This document shows, one piece after another, positions 1 through 11,604 of a stretch of 64,000 nucleotides of DNA; position 1 is the first letter of the stretch, and every line of letters begins with the position of its first letter. Source of the DNA: Gekko japonicus (Eukaryota). Below the pieces are notes generated by a model, which was not told where the DNA came from, ran no database searches, and saw nothing but the letters and a program-made list of their open reading frames with translations. The position numbers were made by a program, and so were the translations under genes. The stretch spans positions 411,483-475,482 of the forward strand of contig NW_015161978.1 of the NCBI RefSeq assembly GCF_001447785.1. The letters run 5' to 3'.

Positions 1-1392
1 ATGTAAGCTCTAGTGCCCTCATGACCTTAGCCCATATTCTATTATAGAGATTAGGAGGAAGAGTCTAGATTGAATGACAGGCACCCTTTTCTTTCTCCTG
101 CTCTAATAGAAGTCTAGATTGAAAGACAAGGCACCCTTTTCTTTTCCTGCTCTAAAAGTTTCCCTTTTTTTCTGGCACTATGCTTGGGAGGCCTGTATTT
201 CTAGGAGGAGGGCTGCCCTCTGTACTGGGACTCCTGTCTCTTTTAGCAGAGAGGTCAGTAGCCTACGAAGAAGCTGCCTATTGCCCTAGACCAATGAATT
301 CTTTCTCTTTTCCTCTCTAAGCCAGGAGAGAAATTTGACTGGGCTTCCTCTCCTGAGGGCTCAGTATTTTGGGAGGCTATATTGGTAGTCTGTGAAGGGT
401 TAAGACTCTCTGTGCCTTGGGAGCTAGATGTTCCCGCCTTCTCGCCATTTTAGGGGAACCTGAAAGTGAAAGTAGTCACCATCACTCTCCTAACAGAGCC
501 CCAAAATGGAGCCCTACCCCACCCACATCAGCTGAATCAGGTGGGGAAGAAGTAGGCTGTCTATTGTTGCTCCCTTTCCTGAAGGCCCAGCAATAAGGAC
601 TGTAAAATGTCCCTGCTAGAGACCTGACCCATGGACCATAAGCAATTTGTCCTTTTAAAGAACCTCCCATCCAGATCCAGAGGAAAGGAGTAAAGGGCGG
701 GGAAAAGAAAACTGGAGGAGGGGGGTAGTCCTCTTTCTCTCTCCCCCTCCACACCTTGCCAGTTCTCAATGGATACAGTCCTACCGTGGTTCAGCCGACT
801 GGATAGACTGCGCAGGAGACACGTCCCTCCTCGCCACGATCTGGAACAAGGAGGGGGCTCCATTCCAATGCCGAAAGGGAGGGCGACAGAGATTCTGCAC
901 CACCCTCGGCCGCCTCTCTTGCCTCTGCTCTCCCCAGGCTCTTCACTGAGCGTTTGTCCCCAAAACCACCGCACACCACCGTGGCTGGATGGGGGGGAGC
1001 AGTTTACTGCCACCTTTCCAGCGGGGTCCGAGGTGTTCCTCTCGGCGCCGCAACTGCCTGGGGGCCTCCCAAGGCTGCCGGCACCGGATCCATTGTAATT
1101 CAAGGCCTGCAGCTCTCTAATATGTTTTAGGGCTGGAAGGTAAGTACCTTCTACCATTGCCCTTTAGGTCTCCGCTTCTTCTGCTGACCTTCCGGTATCT
1201 TCTGGGATCTTCGTGCTCTTCAGAGCACAGCCAGCACATCCTGCTCAGAAGGCAGGGCTGGTAAGACTGGGGATCAGAGGATAAGCCCCTCCCCTCTGGG
1301 ATCAAAGTTTGCCGGCCCTGCCTACGGAAGGGGGAGGTGCTTTCCCAGGAGTAAGGAGTCAAGGACTGCCCCACTCCTGGACCACCAGAGAA
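1..1392 (-). mobile_element. DIRS1-type retrotransposon C, 5' part (left ITR and gag region; runs off the window start)
   Basis: 1240-1392 closely resembles the left ITR of the element at 15294-15427 (TTTCCCAGGAGTAAGGAGTC..GGACTGCCCCACTCCTGGA). Bases 1-60 translate on - as PPNLYNRIWAKVMRALEL, homologous to FPQELYNKLLPKVIRTLEL in gag of element B (about 13960-14020). Confidence 0.8.
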
Positions 1393-2574
1393 TATCTCTA
1401 TTTTGACTTTAGTTGTGGATGGAGGAGGCATGAGAGGAAGAGCAATAAAGATAGAAGTAAGTGTCCTAGAGGTCTAGTGGGGCCATCCACACCCTTCCTT
1501 GAGGAGTGGCAGGATGTTCTGTACTGAAATCACCCTGACCTTGCGGTAGGCAATGAGCTTGTTCAGGGCCTTCAGGTCCATTATGGGCCTGATGCCACTG
1601 TTCTTCCTGGGAACAGTAAAGCATTGGGAGTAAAACCCATGCCCCAAGGAGTCTGGTGGCACCCTCTCTGTGGCCTGTTTATCCAGAAGTGTTTGCACTT
1701 CTTGCTACATCGTGTTGGATATACGGGTGGAGACAAACACTGCCTGGACTAATTTTATTGTGTAGTCCTGTGAGATGACTGAGAAGACCCATTGGTCTGA
1801 GGTGGTTCATCTTCAGGCTGGGAGAAAGGGATGGAGGCAGGTGTCTGAGGTGTGTGGTGATCAAGGGAGGGGTATAAGAGTCAGAGGCCCTGTATGGAGG
1901 AAACTTGGTTTCAGATGGGTAGGGCAGATGCTGTTAAGGTTTGGTATGGATGGTTACGCCAGGCCTGGTCAGGAGATTGCTTACTGTTTTGGCATGTAAA
2001 CCAGGATCTGGACCAGGTTTTGGTCTTATAGGCATGTGATGGTGCCATAACTCCTAGGTTCCTGCAGTCTTTAATGCTCTTGTCCATTTCCTAGAGCATA
2101 GTGTCCGTCATGGAGTGGAAGAGGCCCTCTCCATCAAAGGGCAAGTCTGGAGGGTGGTGATGCGGCACCACAAGTGTCTCCTGAGGGCAATGAAAGAAGT
2201 TATGGTCTTCGAGAAATTGTCTAGGGCATGTTTCGAGGAGCTTATTTGTTGTTTAGCAAGTAGCATGCCTTCCTCCTGCAGCTTCTGCACAGCTGTGCAC
2301 TTATCTGGGAGGTTGGAGAGGAGCTCCAACAGTTGGTCCCATAGGGCATATTGGTAACATCCCACGCAGGCCAAGTAGTTAGAATTCCTGACTCCTAGCG
2401 CTCCTGCAGAGTAGAACTTTCGTCCAAAGGTGCCCAGCTTCTTGCTTTCCCTATCAGATGGGGTTGAGTGAGTGCGTTTGCTCTTTGATGAGGAAGTCAC
2501 CACCAGTGAGTTGGGCCTGGGGTGACAGAATAAGAACCTGGCACCTGTCTCTTGGACTTTGTACTTGTGGTCCA

Positions 2575-3962
2575 CCTGTCAGAGCAAGGGAAAATTCTAT
2601 TCAGTAACTTTGCAAACCAAGCAAAGGAAGATCTCTCACCTCTGATGACATATACTCATTTAACCTCTATATTAACTCCTCTCTTCTCAAAAGAAGTCTA
2701 TAGGACCCGTGTAAGGAGCTCTCATTCCAACAGTTGGTTTGATAAGGACTGTAGGCAGGCTAAGGCAAACCTAATTGGGACTTTTAAAGCTTTTCAAAGC
2801 GCCCCAAATTCTAACTTAGTAGCTAAAATCCAAAAGAAGAAAAAAGAATATAAAACAATTTTGAGAGCCAAAAAGTTAGTTGACTCTCAAAACAAATGGC
2901 AGGCCTTGATCAAAGCCGCCAACGCAAAAGATAGCAGAGAATTCTGGAAATTGGTTTCGGATTCCAACAGACAACTTGGGTATGCACCAGCCAGTAAGAT
3001 TCCACCAAAACTTTGGGAAAAACATTATTCGATTTGATTCAGTGCCTACCACGCTGACTCGTTTATTATCACCCCTCTCGAGAATATCCCCTCCTGGAAC
3101 CCGGTTTCCGTACAGGAAATCGAACATCTAATTAACAACTTGAAAAAAGGTAAAGCTCCAGGCAGTGATTTTATCACTGCTGAAGCTTTAAAGGCGAATC
3201 TTGACTGTTGGGCCCCAATTTTGGCCAATCTCTTTACGTATATAGATGAATCTGGCCAAATTCCAACTGAATGGGGTCTTTCCATAATAATTCCCATATA
3301 CAAGAAAGGTAACAGATCTGACCCGAACAACTATAGACCAATTAGTCTGTTAAACATTATTTGTAAGCTTTATTCCCAATACCTTCGTCTTAAATTGTGT
3401 GCTTGGATATTGAGTTACAAACGTCTCATGCTGTACTCTCGCCTTTATACAAATCTCTGAAACCCAAAATTTATATGACTGCTCCTTTATATCTAGCTAA
3501 TATCCCCAACTCAAATCACAGATGGGCTTTCTCCAGAGCCAGATTTGATACTTTCCCATCGGCAGTTCTTGCCGGAAGATTTCAATGCATTCCTAGGCAT
3601 TTGAGACTTTGCTCATGCCCCTCCGAGTTAATTGAGACCCTTTCCCATATACTATTCCACTGTTCCTATTATGCAGAAGAAAGAGCCCTCTTAATTACAC
3701 CGATAATAAGGTCATTTAGGCACCAAGGACAATTAGTAATTCATTCTGAGGAACTTCTCTTGAAACATCTATTGGAGGATAAATCCACCGCAATATCTAG
3801 GAAGGTTGCTAAATTTCTTTTTGTTGCATATATCAAGCGTAAGCACCTCCTTAATACACCTTAAGATGTCTCTCTTCTGCAATGCTTTGTGATAACTTGG
3901 GACTGTTTTTCCTGATTCTGTATGCTGTTTAATGCTGACCGTAATAAACGAATGAATGAAAA
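2575..3962 (+). mobile_element. RTE-X-like non-LTR retrotransposon, 5'-truncated and internally deleted, nested in DIRS A gag
   Basis: RT N-terminal motifs KKGKAPGSD and PIYKKGNRSDPNNYRPISLL. C-terminal Cys/His knuckle RLCSC..IETLSHILFHC. Tail AATAAACGAATGAATGAA. Perfect 13-bp TSD TACTTGTGGTCCA at 2562-2574 and 3963-3975. Clade assignment is inferred. Confidence 0.8.
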
Positions 3963-4532
3963 TACTTGTGGTCCAGCCACTGGAGTTGACAATGGTTTGT
4001 CCCAGGGAGCTTTGGCTGCATGCAGCATCACCATAGTCTTGGGGACAGCTATGGCAGTAGATGTGTAGAGCTGAACAATATTGAAGATGGAGTCAGTCAC
4101 CATGGGTTGAGGTTGCATGATGGACAGGGCAAGCGTGTGCACTATCCTTTTGACGATATCACCATAGGACTTTGGATCACCTGACAGGTAGATCGGGAGA
4201 TTGTCAGTAACTTGCAGTATCAGAGAGGGGTCGGTATAGGACGTGTGATGGCCCAAGTAATCCCTATCCAACTCACTGTCTGACCCACTGTCCAATTTTT
4301 CAGTGTCAGAGACCTCTGGTGATATGTGCATCATCTGCTCCCTCCGAGCTGGATGGCCAGGGCTGTATTGGTAATGCTGAAGTCTCCCTCAGCTGCTCTG
4401 GTGTCCCCTTGCGTGAGGGCCTGTAGTGTTTGTACAGGTGGCTCATCAATGACGAGGGTTGGGTGGCTGTGGGCGTCAGTATCGATGGTCATCTACTGGG
4501 CGAACGGGACCGGTGGGAGCATGCTGATCACT

Positions 4533-4785
4533 GAGAGCCAGTTTGGTGTAGTGGTTAAGTGCTTGGACTCTTAATCTGGGAGAACCAGGTTTGATTCCCC
4601 ACTCCTCCACTTGCAGCTGCTGGATGACCTTGGGCAAGCCATAGTTCTGTCAGAGCTGTTCTTGAAAGGGCAGTTCTTGAAAGAGCTCTCTCAGCCCCAC
4701 CTACCTCACAGGGTATCTGTTGTAAGCCGCTCTGAGACTCCAAGTGAAGGGTGGGGTATAAATCCAATCTCCTCCTCCTCCTCCT
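4533..4785 (+). mobile_element. tRNA-derived SINE (Squam3-like) nested in DIRS A
   Basis: A box TGGTGTAGTGG, B box GGTTTGATTCC, L2-like 3' end (TGTAAGCCGCTCTGAG...GGGGTATAAAT) and (CTC)n tail. Confidence 0.85.
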
Positions 4786-7700
4786 GATCCCAGTCAGGAG
4801 CGCCTCTGGGTGTAAGCCATGGGAGGGCAGAAGGCAGGGGAGAGGCTTCGTACAAGTACTGGAGTTGCTGCTGGTCCCAGGTGACTTGTGATGGTCCGAC
4901 AGGCACTGGGAAGGAAATGGTTATGTCTCCATGCAGTGAATGGCTTTGGTACTGATGAGGGGAATCCCGAAGGTGGGTGTCAGCACTGCAATCGCCTATG
5001 TAGAGATTGGGTTGGTGGTGGCACAGATCATGCCCAACCAACAAGTCCTAGGAGGAGCTGTCTCAGATAGACAACCTGGAATGCGGTGATGCGTGAGTTT
5101 TGCTGGGTTAGGTTGATTTCATCTGGGTCCGAATCCGATAGAGGGAGTTGTTGGACATGTATGGGATATCAGCACCAGGGAGTTCATCCAACAGGTGGGT
5201 GATTCCAATACCCAAGATGGATCTGCTGTTGGAGGCTGCACCAAGGCATTGTGTTTGTGGGTGGTAGAGCTGTGTTTGGGGCTCTATGATCTTTGCCGTG
5301 AGCCAGCTTTGAGGGCCTTCAGATTGCCCTTTGACAGGCTCTTGTCCTCCCTGCACTTCTTTGCAGGGGTACAGGATGCTGACTTTGCTGTCAACCTGAC
5401 CTCTTCAACGTCAAAGGGCCAATATCGGAGAGGGCTCTTTTAGGGGCTTGAGAGGCCTGCCCCGAGGGTAGCGTATGCATAGTTGGCTTGGTGGACGGCT
5501 CAGAGGTCTCTTGTTTTGTGGAAGCAGTTGCCACCATCTTGGTAAGGTCCAAGGCAGCTTCCAGAAGCATGACCTGGAGTCTCACAGCCCAGTTTTTTCA
5601 AGTTTACTTGGAAATGTGGAAGTGTGAGCACAGGATTCCAGGTGGTGGGCTTCCCCAAGGCAGAGCAGGCTCAGGAAATGACCGTCCTGGGGCACAAGCT
5701 TGTTCCCACACCAAGTACACCTCTTTAAAAATCCCCATATGGAGAGGGGGGAGGGAGAGGGGAGCAGAAAAGTCCAAAAATAAATTCCTTTTTGTTTGTT
5801 TTCGCAGAATGAGCAAGAAAGACAAAGATAAGAGTACTGAGCTGAAGAAAAACCTGAAAAATCCAACAAAGGAAGGTTCACTGGACTGAAGCAAAGTATC
5901 GACTGATCAGCATAGTGGTCAAAAGAGAACTGGCAGAATGTCCACTCTCTGCCCCTGTGAGCATGTGCAGTGGGAGTTCCTGCACCAGACAGAGGGAAAG
6001 GGCGCAAAAATCCCTACTGAGCTTGTACATTTACCAGTCGGAGCTGGAGAAGGTGCCTTGTTCCCATGGGTGTGATGCACAGAGACCGTGAAGAAGATCA
6101 CTCACTGACCAAAAATATGTATATAATTTCACAAACATGTACACATACAAAATTAAATAATGCACCGAGGCACAAAGTAAAAGTAAGCAAGAATTAATCA
6201 AACATCCCAACAGACAGGTACTGCAGAAAGCCATTCATCAGCAAATGTGGCTCCAAAAGACTTTTGTGAGTCCTCTGAACCCGGCAAACTCTAGCAGTCA
6301 TTCCAATTCAAATAGTTTGTATAATGTATGTATCCTATTCACACAAGGTAATAGTTCAAAGAGTGTGTTATAGTTTTGGATCACTTTTACACGTTCCTGT
6401 AAATTCACTTAAATTGGTCTATAGTCAGTGCACCTCAAGACAACCCCACTAATCTTACTCTGCCAAGTATTGTTGTCCCTCTACACTAGGTCTGTAGTGG
6501 ATTTGGCTGTAGCTGCCTTGTCAAGAGATTCATGTAATATTAATCCTTTCTTGTTTCCACTATTTATTATCTGTTGTACAAAATTTCCTGACTCTGCACT
6601 CATTCTGAATTGTGTTTTGTTGACACTGAACTTCACCATTCCCCACAGCAGCGTGCAAATGCTTGATCTATTGCTGGAACTATGTAACAGTTTGCCTGTT
6701 AGGTAAAGCAAAGGTTGTATTTCTTATGGACTATATAAATTAGAACTATGTTTTTTAAAAGAACAGCAAAGAGCTGCTTGTGGTATTTACTGAAACCGTA
6801 ACAGTAACAAGCACAGGGAAGGATTAGGGCTTCTTTTTAAGCATTGATTGGATTAACCCTTTGCAGATCATGTCCTACATTTTATCACAGAAAGCTAACG
6901 AAAGCTAACGTTGCAGCTGCAAGTGGGCTCTTGAAGTCAGCTTACCCAAATGATGCCTTTTGAAGTCAGAAGGAAAACAGAGACAAATGGCTTATCTGTT
7001 GAGGTGTCTCTCACATCCAACTCTGAGTGAACTGATCACTCCTTGGATTGAATCTTGGTTTTGAATCTGTTTCTTTTTGTAGCATCCCCCCCCCCCGCTT
7101 TCTATTATGTATATAGTGTGGTCACATGGATGCACACTTCATGCATCTGACAAAGTGAGCTCTTTCTCACTTAAGCTTATGCTTTCATGAGTGTTATTAG
7201 TACTTTGTTGATATCGCAGACAACAGACAAACATGTCAGTTTATATCTGTGCAGAAACTTATAATTTAAGTTTGTCCCTCATTAAAGAGATCAAAACCAA
7301 TCAACAAGCCTAACTTCTTTTTTTTAAAAAAAAAAGCTGTTATAACATGCTAATCCAAAAAAACAAGTTTTTACAGGGGTGACTCAAGTTATTCAGATGA
7401 AAATTATATGCATATTATGTAAATGATGGGTAATGCAAGGGTGCAAATTAACAGTTGCCTTCTAGCTCTGGACATTTCTAATACGACTTCATACTGCTGA
7501 AACAGGATTGTTGGAGACCTTCTCAATCTCCATTGCTCTCCCCAACATAAATATCTTTTGCCAACCAGTTTAAGGAAAGGGAAAACAAAAGGTAGCAGAT
7601 GCAAAAACAAAAGGAGGGAGCCCATAAAGCAGCCACAGATAGGCCAACTGAAATAAACAGGACTTGGAGCGTGCCTTGGAGGCAGCCAGCAAGGAGCTCT

Positions 7701-9269
7701 GGCAGCTCACCTCAGGGAGGGAGCGACACCACTGAGAACAAGCAAAACTTGCCCCTGGCCTGTTCTTGATCAGACCAGACCTGATCCAGCTGACAGCAAC
7801 TATCAGGAAGGGACAAGCAGCAGGGAGCCCACTGCATGCAAACACGGGCCTTGGATTTGAAAGGCTTAATACTCTAAGGCTTTGAATTGTATTTTCTGAC
7901 ATATCGGGTTCCAAACGTCCTGCTTACTCCTATCTTAAGAGAGAACGGCCATGCTGCACCTGTTTCAGCCTCTATTTCAAGTGAAGTTATGATACAGCAG
8001 TGGAGCCTAACTGTAACAATGGCAAAAACAATAGCAATACAATCCTAGTGTCTATGAGAACATGAGCCGACCCCTCTGATGCACGAATTCTCTCATTCCC
8101 ACAGGCAATGGAAAGTGGGGAAATGCTGGTATAAAGTGGTCATAGCAAAGTGCTTTTTTCACATATGCCCAGGGTACGGTTTTGATATTCCCTTTGTGGA
8201 AGAGGAAGGAGCACGCTGAGCAGCTGTCATGTGACAACGATAATGTGGGAAGGGTGACCAAAGGGGAAATAAAGACATAGAAAACAGAAAAGTTTTCTTT
8301 TCTTTTTTTTATGCACTGAAGGTCCTGACTCAGCAGGGTGTGATGACAAGGTGTGATGGTAGGAACACTCCTCCTCCCAAAACCATGAGGTATCTTAAGT
8401 GTAAGCAGTTACCATAGTGAAGTTTAGGAGTGAATGCCATTCAAAGCATAAAATACGGCTACAGTGGAAGTAGGTGTTCTTCTTTTGATCATGTCTTGAT
8501 CTTCTTGACCAAAAAAAATAAATAAAAAGTGCTACAGTTAACAATTGCTATGTCTGTGAAAACAATCAGAGTTAATGAGATTTCCTGCTGTTCTTGCTGC
8601 TACTTTAGACATATGTTCATTAAAACAAGCACTTGTTTTCTGAAGGTTTGTTCTATTTGAGCCTGGACTTCAAACTTAGATGCTGGGAGTGAGTACATAG
8701 ATAGCCCTTAGGGCTTTCGACATGTCTGTAAGAGTCTTGAACACTGCTGGCATTAAAGAGTAGTCATAGTGCTGCTGGTGGTATGCTACTGGCTCTGCTA
8801 TTTAGAGAATGGAATGGTTGCTGAAAGCTTATACTCTCTCTGACTTTATTCTTGTGAATCCTTGGCTTTTGTTTCCTAGCCTTCAACATATGCTTATTTT
8901 TATGTCATCATCTCCTACCCCTGGAGTGAACTAGTTTGTTTCCGTGCTCCTTTTTCCTAGTTATGCTTTGAATTTCACACTACTTTTGACAATTTTTTTT
9001 GTATATATAATACCAAAATTAGCACACAGGAGTAGAATAATAAAAGAATCACCAAACTTCTGGAACCATATTACTTTTATTTTAAAAGTTTTACAGCTTC
9101 AGACAAGATTTGAGAATAATGAAGTGACATACAATAAAAATGGTTTGCAATAGCCAAGAAATCAGCACAATGTGTTTGCAGTACATTTTAAAAAGCACTC
9201 TTTTGCTGAATACCTCCCTGCCCATACCTGTCACTCTTCCACCACACCCTCACCCTTCTGCGTCCTACC

Positions 9270-9567
9270 CCTTTGAATGACTCCGCTCTTTCTCCCTTCC
9301 TGCCCCTTATGGTTGGAACTGCCTCCCAGGAAACCAGAATGACAAAAAATCGCTCTCAATTTCTTCAAATTCCTTCTCAAATCTCAGCTTTTCCATCAAG
9401 TCTTTGACACCTCTAAGTATCCCTTTTCTACTGAAATGGAACCTGGACACTGAAATTAACACACAGTTAATTTCCCATCACCTCTCTTTCCTGTTCCCTT
9501 GTTGTCTTCCCTTATATCAAAATTCAGACTGTGAACTCCTCAAGGTCTGGTCTTCTTGACCTCTGTA
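9270..9567 (+). mobile_element. Old L2-type 3' end, interrupted by DIRS B (continues at 15428-15475)
   Basis: Contains GCCCCTTATGGTTGGAACTGCCTCCC, TTCAAATTCCTTCTCAAA and AGACTGTGAACTCCT. Joining the flanks gives CTCTGTAAAGCATCCTGCACA...AATAATAAATAAA. Confidence 0.55.
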
Positions 9568-9735
9568 AACGGAAGATTTATCTCCACTTACCGTGAAGCT
9601 TCCTTCTCGGTGATCCAGAGTGGGGCAGTCCTCAAGACTCCTTACTCGTGGGAAACAGCTCCTCGCCTCCAACTGCAGGACCGGCAGACTCTTTTGTCAT
9701 GGAGAGGGGAGGGGCTTGTGCTTCTGCATCCCAGT
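9568..9735 (-). repeat. DIRS B right ITR plus terminal extension
   Basis: 9604-9735 is the reverse complement of 15294-15427 with scattered mismatches. 9569-9631 is the reverse complement of 9951-10012. Confidence 0.92.
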
Positions 9736-9950
9736 TGTATTCCAAGCCACCTTTCCCCTGTCTCATAAAAGGAACAAAAACCACAACTCCACAAAAAACA
9801 AACAAAAAAAACCAACAGGGGGCTTAACCCCAAACCAACTGTAACCACCCATCTCCCAGTGGCAACCTCCTGTCAACCTCCAGGTGCCACTATTGCCAAC
9901 ACCCCTACAGGTGAGGAAAGCAGCTCCCCCCCAAAAAACATGGCTGGGTA

Positions 9951-10062
9951 GGACTGTCCCACTCTGGATCACCGAGAAGGAAGCTTCACGGTAAGTGGAG
10001 AAATCTTCCGTTCTTCAGTGATCCAGGAGTGGGGCAGTCCTCCAGACTCCTTACTCCTGGGA
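9951..10062 (-). repeat. DIRS B internal complementary region (ICR)
   Basis: The + strand reads element 3' end (..GGAGAAATCTTCCGTT) fused to element 5' start (TTCTTCAGTGATCCAGGAGTGGGGC..), i.e. a copy of the circle junction. Confidence 0.92.
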
Positions 10063-10174
10063 CGTAGAACAGCTGTAACCCAGGGCAGGTCCAACTGCTT
10101 CCCCACCTATAAGGCGTGCTGCAAGACTCTGTGGCCAAAGGCTGCTTCAGCTGAGGCCATTTTATCAATCCTGT

Positions 10175-11214
10175 CTAATAATGTCTAGTGAAAGAATGTG
10201 TGGATTTCCATGTATTTGCCTTGCACACTACTTCCAGAGAGGGAAAGGCCCTGTAAGCCACTGACGTAGCCACCCCCTTAGAGAATGAGCCATAACCCCT
10301 TGAGGTGGCTCCAGTCCCCTTGCTTTATATGCCAAGACTATACAACCTCGTATCCATCTGCTAATGGAAGAAGCCGAAACTCTCCTACCCATTGAAGACT
10401 TACAGAAAGAATAGGGAGTCATGCACTCTCATCCCCTTAGTTCGGTCAATGTAAAAACTAAGGGCCCTCCACACATCGAGACAGTGCAACTGTCTTTCCT
10501 TCTCATTCTGGGGATTGGGACAAAAGGATGGTAAGACTACCTCCGCCGACCTATGAAAGGTCAAATTAACCTTCGGCACAAAGGCTGGGTCCGGTCGAAA
10601 TACTACCTTGTCATGGTGAAAAGTGCAGAGCTCCCTATCAATAGACAGTGCTCGTAACTCTGACACCCTTCTAGCAGATGTAATACCCACCAAGAAAATG
10701 GTCTTGAAAATTAATATTGGGATTTTTTTGTAGTGGAAAATCATAAATAAATTTGTAAAAAAAGAAAGAAAGTTAACTCTTTAAGGGGACATGTTGCCAT
10801 AGGCTCAAATGGTGCCTTACACAGAGCCCTCAGAACTGTGTTAAGGCTCCCTGTCAGGAACGTGTGCACTGGTGGAGGGTTCAACAAAGAAGCCCCCTTT
10901 ATGAATCTCTTAATGTGCGGATGTTTGGCTAGGGATTTGCCCTTTCCAGCCCCTTTAATAGCTGAGATAGCTGCCACTTGCCTACGCAAAGTACTGGTAC
11001 TGAGCCCCTTGTCAAGTCCCGCCTGTAGAAAATCCAGGATATTGCCCGTAGAGGCTCTCATTGGGTCAAGTCCTTTTCCCTTACACCAAGAATGGAAGGT
11101 CTGCCAGGTAGTATTATAGACCCTATTTGTGGATCCCTTCCTCGCAGCTAACATGGTTTTAACTACACCATCAGGGTAGCCTACCCCCCTCAGCTGCTGC
11201 CTCTCAACCTCCAA
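10175..11214 (-). pseudogene. DIRS tyrosine recombinase (frameshifted, interrupted)
   Basis: Integrase N-terminal region (DFLQAGLDKGLSTSTLRRQVAAIS), catalytic R in ITSARRVSEL, HxxR in AHSLR, and WKSTHSFTRHY with the catalytic Y near 10180. Confidence 0.9.
10715..10767 (+). mobile_element. 53-bp poly(A)-tailed retro-insertion in the YR gene
   Basis: AATAAA followed by an A-rich tail, flanked by GAAAATTAA (10706-10714) and GAAAGTTAA (10768-10776). Removing it restores KELTFKTIFL. Confidence 0.7.
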
Positions 11215-11402
11215 ACTGTGAGTTTAAAAAGCTCTGGTTGAGGATAAACTGTCTCACTCTGAGTTAGTAAGTCCACTACTGGAGGAAGGTGCCATGGTTC
11301 CTTGATCAACAATCTTTTTAAGTCTTGGAACCACGCCCTCCTGGGCCACCATGGGGCAATTAGCACTACCTCTGCCTTCAGGTCGATTATTCGTTGACTC
11401 AC
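11190..11402 (-). pseudogene. C-terminal half of the DIRS adenine-methyltransferase-like (MT) domain
   Basis: EVVLIAPWWPRRAWFQDL..L..EPWHLP...L.VWRL, the typical end of DIRS pol. Confidence 0.8.
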
Positions 11403-11604
11403 TCTCTGAATGAGTTGAAGTGGCCTCAGATTTCCCGAGCATCTCCACCAGCTTGTTTCATAAAGGCAATTTGCAAAATCCTTCCACCTTTACATCTATA
11501 CTAAAACTCTCTAAATTCTTGTTATCTTCTTAGACATTCACTGCAGCCCAATCTTCTTCCATCCAAAGGAATAGACCCACTAGTCTTAAGCCAAGGCCAT
11601 GTCA

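Larger units (their letters stand above)
1450..6095 (-). mobile_element. DIRS1-type retrotransposon A (different family), 3'-truncated in RT, degenerate
   Basis: 5' end TTCTTCACGGTCTCTGTGCATCACAC at 6095. Cys/His-rich gag N-terminus KRCTWCG..QDGH..LCLGEAH (about 5600-5740). LAP2alpha-like gag C-terminus (ORFs 3861-4334 and 2108-2575). RT start FYSQCFTVPRKNSGIRPIMDLKALN (1474-1698), ending near WMAPLDL*DTYFY. Confidence 0.85.

Noticed and set aside
4533-4610. tRNA gene
   Set aside because: Has A and B boxes only; it is the head of a SINE with body and tail.
4952-4975. Hammerhead-like CTGATGA-GGGGAATCCC-GAAG
   Set aside because: GAAG instead of GAAA, no helix I or III, and it lies antisense within gag; likely chance.
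10175-11402. Prophage-like integrase plus DNA adenine methyltransferase suggesting bacterial or phage DNA
   Set aside because: Both are standard DIRS1 domains lying between DIRS ITRs and the ICR in a vertebrate context.
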